Shown here: positions 21,601 through 30,600 of the stretch, one piece after another
Position numbering within the stretch: position 1 is the stretch's first letter
Layout of the letters: the number at the start of each line of letters is the position of its first letter
Assembly: GCA_964200185.2 (NCBI GenBank)
Contig: CAXNAD020000072.1
Location: 1-32,287 of the forward strand
Source of the DNA: Choristocarpus tenellus KU-1152
Lineage: Eukaryota; Protista; Phaeophyceae
DNA: 32,287 bases
Direction of reading: 5' to 3'
Program-made: the position numbers and the translations under genes
The notes under the pieces: model-generated
Databases searched by the model: none
What the model was told of the DNA's origin: nothing
Seen by the model: the letters and a program-made list of their open reading frames with translations, nothing else

Positions 21601-24600
21601 GCTTTGCTCAAGCTCAAAAAATAGCAGCAAATCGTGCCAGGGATGGAAAGTGAAGATGAACAACCATGAGAGATAGGGGGCTTAGACAACTAAATAAGAT
21701 TGCTGAATTACAAGCATAGGCAACAAGGGGGAAGAACATACACTTTACCCTTACGCCAGGTCTAACAAACATTAACAAAGAAGTAGGTCTAACAAATCAG
21801 TTCAGACAAACGCCAAAATAGGCAGAGTGCATGCGTATGATGCAAAATGATATTGCAGCACTCTGTAACATCACACAAGCAAGAAGCAGGTTATAGTACC
21901 TGCCCCTGTTGCAGCCTCATCCACTACTGCACCCAGGCACATGTCCCAGAACTCTCCCAAGCTGTCTTGCTCACCTTTGTTCCCACATCTAGAAGTGGCA
22001 AGCACCTACCGGGACCTCCCTCCCTCCTCTCCTCCCTGCTGATACCTCCCCTACATGAAAGAGAAGCTTCTCTCCTTCCTCTCCCTTCTCCACCCTCACC
22101 AAAACTGTCTCCACCACTTCCATAAGGACAGCTCCCGGCTGACTGTTGTGCTTCTCCTTGTTTTGCCTCTTCTTCATTCAGCAGATTCTTAAGATAAGAC
22201 CTACTTCGGGAAATCCTCGATAATGTGTGCACACCACCCTCAGCACTTGTCCCAGTCCCAGAGAGGGCCCCAGAGCCTGCCCCAATCCCAGTTGCAACCT
22301 CAGGCTCCCTACCCTCACTCCTGCCCCTGGTCTTGCCCCTGTTGCTACGTGTGCTGCTCCTCCCTGCAAATTTAATATCCCACCAGAACCAAAAGTCATA
22401 GGATTAAGCATAATTAGCTCTTCCACCACTGACATATTGTCACACAGCTATACAAGTAGAGCTCATCGATGCAATTCTCCACCCAAGTCAAAGAAGAACA
22501 AAACTGTGTACGAATCTACTTACTAAAATGCTCTTACTGCACAGACCTTACTGTTGACAATAAGTCCCAACCCTAACCCTAACCCTAACCCCAATAAGGC
22601 CACTTATTAGAGGCAGTCCAGAAATGACATTCAAAAGTGTCAAATATGTGACCAATTCAAATATTGATTTTGTCTTGACATGAGGGGGGAGGTAGCTCTT
22701 GAGGATAAGTATGGTTTTAAAATATGATTTGTCGTCAAAAAGCTGAATCTTAGCACTTTCTGACAACCTAGAAATCCAGTAAGACATTGGTCATAGCGTA
22801 TCAATTTGACTGACACTTCTATACACCGTGCACAATATATGACAATGATCGATTTTTTGGCTGACAAAAAGCACCAAAACTTGACCTATTAAACAAGTCA
22901 TAATAAGTTGCAACCATAACTTTCTTCGAGAATGTTTTCCTCCATTAAGTCAAATCAAAATCATTGTTCGAACCAGTCACACATAGCCCAAGAAAAAGGC
23001 ACTGTATGCATGCATTTTGCACTTTTGAACGGCACCTCTGACCCTAACCCTATAACAAGTGTCTCAAGGTCAAATGGATGAGATTGGGTGAGAATGGGAG
23101 CATATCGAAGTCTACAGCCAAAATTGAAAGGCAGGGGATAGGACATTACAAATAGCACTGTTCATCAATACAACAGTTTTTATTGAAAGTACGTCAAATT
23201 ACAACCAATAGGAGGCAATAGCCTTGTAAACCTATCTTATCATCAACCTTTGCATGCCTTCACAAGGGCAAAGGTCAACCAGGTGGAATGGTATAGCCCA
23301 ACCAAGGTGGGATACAATAGGGCAAAAGTGATTATAATCAAGCTGTTAAAAAATAAGGTTAGGTATTTGCCCTGAATGAGGCTTGTGGTCTCAATCAAGT
23401 GTAGCCCATGCTTCCTCCATCCGGCTGTCCATTCCTTGACACTGGTATGAGGATGGTGACAGACAAAAGATGCTAACTAACCTCCTGGGGGTCCATGGAA
23501 AGGGGAGGATACATATTTTCCATAATGCATCTGAGGCTTTCTCTGATAAGTCCAAATACCAACCACATTGCAAAAATAGTATTGATGTGACCTGTACCCA
23601 ATGTCGACAGGCTTTTCAACAATTGGCGTACCATATCATGCATTCCAATTCCAATATCTCCCCACAGAAGTACCTTCCCACTGATGAGAGCATATTTCAA
23701 AGAAAATACTGCAACCCTAACCCTCTACAAAGCGTTGCGTAATCTGCAGGAGGATGAAAAGAGTGAAATACTTGGTTTGTGGGTGGCAGAGGGGAGGAGA
23801 TGTGTCCAAAAAAAATACTTCTCTTTCACCTCTTGAAGCAACTACCACAGAACTATCCTTCTCTGCTCTTGAGGATGCTGCCCCAGCCCCAGCTGTGGTC
23901 ACACCCCTGGACCTAGGCCCTAAACCTCCACTTCCGCCTCTCTCCTCACCCCCCCTTTTCCTTTGACTGCTGTCCACCCTGCGTCTCTTCCGCAGACGGT
24001 CAGTTATGTTCCCTTTCTCAGACCCTGAGCCGCCAGGGTCCTCCTCCCCTCCCCTCTCCCCCACATCTGCTCCACCTCCAGCAGTAGTGTTACACTTAGC
24101 TCCAGCTTTTTCTTTACCGCTGCCCTTCCCCTTCAAAGATCCAGATACTGAGGCCTGAGAAGGGCTTACCATTGGCATGGTACCCTCATTGTTAGCATCA
24201 AGCATATCAAGCTTGCACTCATCATCCTCGCCTCTTTCCCCACTGTCCATACTTCTCCCTGCCTTCCCCACTAGTGTCCTTGAGTTTCCTCTCAACCCAG
24301 TGGCCATCCTTGTAGTCCGCCTTGAGTTACGGTTTGGGTGAGGGTTAGGGATAGGTTTGGGGTTAGGGAGGGCAAGCAACACACACACACATATATATAA
24401 TATATACCACCTCAGTTATATTCAGTTGGAAAACGATTGACTACAAACGGGGTATAGAAATCAAAACTTGTAACCCTATGCGTATTCTTCCCATAAAAAC
24501 ACATGTACACATAAATATGTAATTCAGAGGAGTGGGGAAGACCTTCCAAGGAGTTCAAAACCCTTGCTTCAATTAGGTGGACTTTTGTTAACAACATGTG

Positions 24601-27600
24601 CACTTTTCTCGTGTGGTGGGAACCCTAACCCTTGCATGTAATCTGTACCTACCTACCTAAATATGTATGGCATGGAAAAAAGATGGTTGTGATTGTGTCC
24701 ATCACAAAATACCGCATTCCTTCCACTAAAAAAGAGTCAATTGATTGACTCTTGAAAACCACATACGGAATAAACAACAGAATAAAAAAAAACTCCCAAG
24801 ACACAAAACTGCCTGCCATTTTAATACCCTTCTAGCATGACTTAAGCCTATAAAAACCAGACTCTACCTACACCCAACAAAGTCAACCATTAAAAAAAAT
24901 GCCTTCCTACTTTACCCAACAAAAAAAGAAAAAAAGGGGTGAGTGTGTGGGTTGAAAAAGTGCCAAGATCTTAATGTGCTAGAGCGAATAATGGGAGCTC
25001 AAGAAATATATTCAGAGGAGATTGAAGACAGTGTGTTCAAAAGCTGACCCACTCTAACATTGAAGGGCGATTAAGTTAATGCATGGTCATTCTTTTTTCA
25101 TTGTGCAATACTTAAGTAATATTAACATAGGATGTATGTGTGTGGGAGGGTGGGAGGGGGTATATAAACAGAGGGGGTACAAAGTATTGAGGGGAGCTTG
25201 CAACAAAGTGTGAAAAGCACCATCTCCAACAGAATGATCTGTGGTTACATTGAGCCAACAATATGCACTTTGCTCCTGACCCCTCATTTGTGGCTTGACT
25301 CATTACAATTTCTTATGCTGCTAGACTTCTTAATGGATAGCTACAACATCAACACAAAAGCTAATTTTGATCTTCATATTAAAAATATTGCAGCATCCTC
25401 TTGAAAACAACCACAGCGAAAAATCTAGACTTTACCAATACTTCAGAATATTGCATCCTGTTATTGCAGGTTGAAACAACTCGTTCTTAATTAGAGTGTG
25501 CTTTCCACACTGAAGTTATTGCAGCGGGGATCAGTTTGAATCTTGCTGTGAGGTCTGTGAGGTACAGGACAATACTTGTCCAACTCCACACACAGCCAAG
25601 AAGAACAGAGAAACAACCACTTTCGATAATCAGTCAAACCACAAAGGTTGTTGCAGTCTATCCGTCCATCCAAGTTCCCAATCAACTATAACTTATTGAA
25701 CTTAGTTTTCCATGCATTGTCTCAGGCTGAACAGATTCCTCTGTGGTACAGGAACAATTTCTACACTTGGCATAGTACCCAACTATCATGGTCTGGAAAA
25801 AACCACAACTAAATGAATTGGAGGACACGTGGTAGGATTGGCTTGTAGCACAGAGAGTACAGCACATACCTTGATGACTGTGCCTTCAATGTTTCTCCCA
25901 AAGGTACGCCATTTCCAGCACTACTGCACCCCTGTCCCCTCCTTCCAGACATCCCAAGTGAAGCAGTGGTGGGGGCCACAAATGATGCACCAGATATAGT
26001 AGCTAAAGGTACCGATGTGGATATCTCCCCTCCCTCTTGACCTGCCCAGGGTCCAGAATGAGAAGAGGATGGTGCTTGTGTAAATGCAGCTGCCTCAGCT
26101 TCACGGATGGAACGCCTTGCCCTTTCATGTTTGCGATCATTCTTCTGTCTCCTCAGGTGTGAAATGTAAGCCCTCTTGAGCTGTGTTCAGAAACATGATT
26201 ACATGTATAGATGTTCATATTACAAAACACACCAGGATACAAATATACAAGAAAATAGAAGTATACAGAGTCAGGGATTGTTACGAGAGAGCATTGATAA
26301 TAATACATACAAAGTAAAAAAAAGGTACAGATTTCCAATCAAGATATAAATATGATCTTATGGGGGATTGGGGGAGGCACGTTTTTGTTTCATTAAAAAC
26401 ATACTGAGATCACTAGTCAGCAAAGTGGTATTGACGCTATGTATTTACATGAATATGTATTTACATGAAATGGTTCAAGAAATTCTACATGCATTTTCAA
26501 GAGTATTCTTACAGTCAAATCATACCAATCACTAAACCCGCAACCAACTCACATACTGTTTCAAATCATCCAACTTCACACACATAGTAACTCAACAGAA
26601 CAAAACAGCAAAGGGGAAAACAGGATGCAACCCCCCACCCCCGCACCTCAAATCCTCCAGCCCCAGACCCTCCAGCCCACAAACCTACCTGCCCTGTGAG
26701 CCACTTGGTAACCTCGGACACCAAAGTCAGAGGCTCCACCATAATCACAGGTGGGATCTCCCTCGCAATAATGGCAAGAAGCATAGCCTTCCTCCAAGAC
26801 TTGGACTCTGACCTCCATCCCGACTCTGACCCTGACCCTGACACCATTCCTATCCCTAATCCAGGTGCAGGAGATGGGACTGTTCGGTTTACAGCAGAAT
26901 CTCCTGAACTATCGTTGGCAGGAGCATGGCTCTCTTTGGTCCTGGTTCTTGTCCCAGCCTCCCCAACTGAGGAGTAGGCCCTGGGGTTGACTTCATCACC
27001 ACTGTCTTTACCCTTGGAAATCCTACATGATCTGCTCCTCTTTGAGGGTACAGTTTCAGCCTTTTCAGCCTTGGTCCTGCTGGAGCCGGAGGCAGAACCA
27101 GAACCATAACTGGAACAGTGTCTATCTCCCCTGATACCTGCTGGTGCTGACACCACAGGTGCTGATGTTACTGCTGAAGGTGCAGCAACTGCAGCAGGAG
27201 GGGTGGTCCATTGTCTTTCTTCTGTTCGTGGGTGATACTGGGAAAGCTGAGTGGGGGAGATGGCCACCCGGACAGTGAAGGGCCTGCCCACATTAATTAT
27301 GAGAAAAGAAACCACAGGAGGTGTGGAGGGGTTTGGGGACAGATGGAGGTGGCAAAGGGTAAGGTTAGTGATGTGTGTGGAGTGATAGATCGGATATGCG
27401 AACTGAAGGTGATGGATAAAATGATGCAAACACAACGCAATGATAGGAGCTGTGAAGAGCAAGCCATGTGGTGGTATTACTTCCATTTTGGACTTATGTG
27501 CTGAGGAAAGGCAAATATTACTAATGCAGGTCTTCTTTGATGTCCACTAGAAATCACTTTAAAGTACCATTCCCTTCCCTCCTGTCGCTCCCAGGGTACA

Positions 27601-30600
27601 CGGAGCAAAGTAGGACGTGGGCTTGGCAGGAGGTGGGAGCAGGGGGGTGCAAGCAAGGGTTATTTTCTAGCAATGTATGCAGAGGATATGTCGTTGGAGT
27701 AAACCTGTATCCAGACAAATGCAACATGTAGAAACGACAAGAAGAGAGGAACTGAACGCTCCAACTAGGATGTCTTCTGTAGGGGATGATCAAAGCATCA
27801 TGGTCACATACTGATCACAAGAGCTACAAAGTAAACTATGAGTCTTGCCACAACCTCCTACCATGAGAAAGGAAAGCACAAAAAAAAATCCAAAATAGCA
27901 GGAAAGCAAAAGTTGCAGACCCTGAACAACACAACACTCAATCCTCTGTTACACCATTGAGACTTGTTTATAAGTTATACCATGTAATAAGTGCATGTGT
28001 CATATTCCGTAACACACAAAGAGCCCAAAACTTAACCAAAGTATTATATCACCACAACTACCCAATCCTCCCCCATAACATAGTATGTCATATCACAACT
28101 CTCCAGTTCAAAACGCACATGACACTTGCGATGTCTTACAACATTGGTGCACTACACTCTAACACATACACACTGTATCTTGTATATTTTTCATCTCTTC
28201 ATAAGTGCCCCTTGGAGTATTGGCCCTGCACAACTGGTCCCCAAGCATTTAAAGCAGTGTGCCTCAAGTGCAAACAGTATTTCCTGGTTGATCAACGACT
28301 GGTGCGTTTGAATATACTAACCAATCTGGACTGTGATGCATTCAATTACCCACTCGATGACCTCAATTGTGACAAACCTGCTACTGATGGTGACTGCTTT
28401 GCCTGAATGCCTGGTTGGGACTATTGCTGTGACAGAGGTGCTACAGGATCAATTCAGTGCTTGTAGTGGTCCTCATGGGGGTAGTGACCAGCACTGTCTC
28501 CTCAAACTCTATGGAAATGATGCCATTTTATGTGCTGCCATGCTCAGTCATAGGAATGAAACCGACCTCACAATATAGTCAGCAAAAGTTCCATTCAGAA
28601 GAGTTCACTAGGTACCATACAATTTGCCAAATACTTGAGTGTTCCTAGATGTGCAATGGCAATGCTGCGGATATTGAGCCTTCCTAGATTCCAATATACA
28701 CACCATATACATATCATTACATTGTGCATGGTATGTACTCGGAGTACCCAACATGCCTTCCTAGACTAGTAACGCCAAGTCTGTAAGTCAAAAACATGTT
28801 CTGTGTAGCACCATGTTATGTCCAGCAAAGCTCAGGTCCAAAAAATGCGTAAGGCTTGTGGTGTCCTGAACAGAGCTACCAAAGTAGTGACAAAAAGTGT
28901 TAACAACGTGTAACAAAAGCGTTGGGGTTTTCTACACGAGGGAGAGGCGGTGTTTGAGTTGGATAGATAGATATGGGGGCAGGGCGTGTAGGGGGATTTG
29001 GCAGTGGTGGAGAGTAGGAGAAGAGTGGTGAGGGATCAGTGTGCTCTAATCCTAACCCTAACCCTAACCTGAGAAGTGCACGGTACCGGGTCATTGCTGT
29101 TGTTCCACCATGCAAAACCGCCTCTATACCACTAGTGTGCATCTTGATTGCAGCAGAGTAACGAGAAAAATGGAAAAGAAGCAACAGGATGGAAGAGGGA
29201 AGAAGGGGGCATGTGGGTGCACCTTGAGGACCATTTTGGTAATACTGGACCAGATATACAAGGGGCGATGTGTAGGGCCAGTCTGGGCATGCAATGTTAA
29301 GCAAAGTGAAAACAATTGGGATATGTACACTGCCTGAGCTATTCATATTGTTCTTCCAGATAGTGTTCTTCCATCTTAGAGGCTGATCTAGGGTAATATT
29401 CTAGACTGAGTCAGGTAGGGGTCAGTCCCAATATCTCAACTGAAACTAATAAAATTCTCTATCAGACGAGGCAATGAATTCTTCACAAAAAAAATGGTGA
29501 GCTGTACCTGTGTTAAGTTAGTAATTCTATTACTTTGAATACCTAGGTATATAAAAAATTATCAAAATTCATCCCAAGGTTCAATCTAGAGTAGAGCATA
29601 TACAAAAGGTACTGTCTGCTTCTGTCTGGGCTATGTTTGTAAACCCCCGTTTTTTCTTAAACTAGCATTTATACATCATCATAGACTTAAATATGCACTC
29701 TACTTCTACGTACACCTAGCAAAAACAAACACTATGTATAATATTGTGTTTAATAACCCTAACCCTAACCCTAACCTCAATATCCTTGCCACTAAACAAT
29801 TACCAACTGAAGACAGGAGTAAGAACATGTCCATCTGCCAAACATTCACATTTTTTTTCCTGATTTTACTTTCCTACCAGACACGTAAGCATGTTCTTGT
29901 TCATACTCTGATTTGCCTGCCAAGGGATGGGGATGGACTCTTGACAAACAGAAGAAAATTATACCAAGTGATGCCATATTCGACAAAAAATCTTGTGACA
30001 CTTTGTGTACGACTTCTCTGCAGCACATGTACAACCATAACCTGGGCAGGAGCAATGTCCATCCCTTCTGAACCAGGTATTTCAGGGGCACTGTGAGAAA
30101 GATATTTTCTCCACCTCTTCATTGTAACACTAAGCTTAATGCACCTGGAGGCAGTCCTGTGTCTTAGCAATGATGTCCTCAATAAGAAGTCGACCACCTG
30201 GCACTCGGGGTGTGAGCAGCACCCTCGCCATGACTGCCACATGCCCTCCTCCTGTATCCGTCGACTCGGGAGTAATATTAGCCATGACTTCACCAGCATT
30301 CTTGGCTCCAGCAGTAGACCCAAGGCCACTTCCAGAGCCAACCCCAGTCCCAACCTCAGCCTTCGACTCCCCACTCCTGGTTTGTTCCTCCGACAATGCA
30401 TGCCCCATTTCCCCCCCAGCTGTTGCTACATCTGTATCTACATCCATGTCATCAGTACTTGCCACCACCCTCACGGGTTCTGCAGGTGCCCTCAATGGCT
30501 CTGTAGCACCACAACTTGTCGTTGTGTGTCTTACTGCCTCAACGGATTTCATCCCCAGGAGAGGTGTTGATATTGGCGTTGGCGTTATTCCTTGAGTCAA

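Noticed and set aside
23470-23742. Plus-strand ORF faintly resembling a Ty3/gypsy RT thumb-connection (LLG..G..R; C.QAFQQL)
   Set aside because: Similarity is marginal; no RT core, RNase H or LTRs nearby
26438-26469. 16-bp tandem duplication (tatgtatttacatgaa x2); similar small duplications near 21758-21797 and 31909-31932
   Set aside because: Ordinary slippage duplications in introns with no further structure
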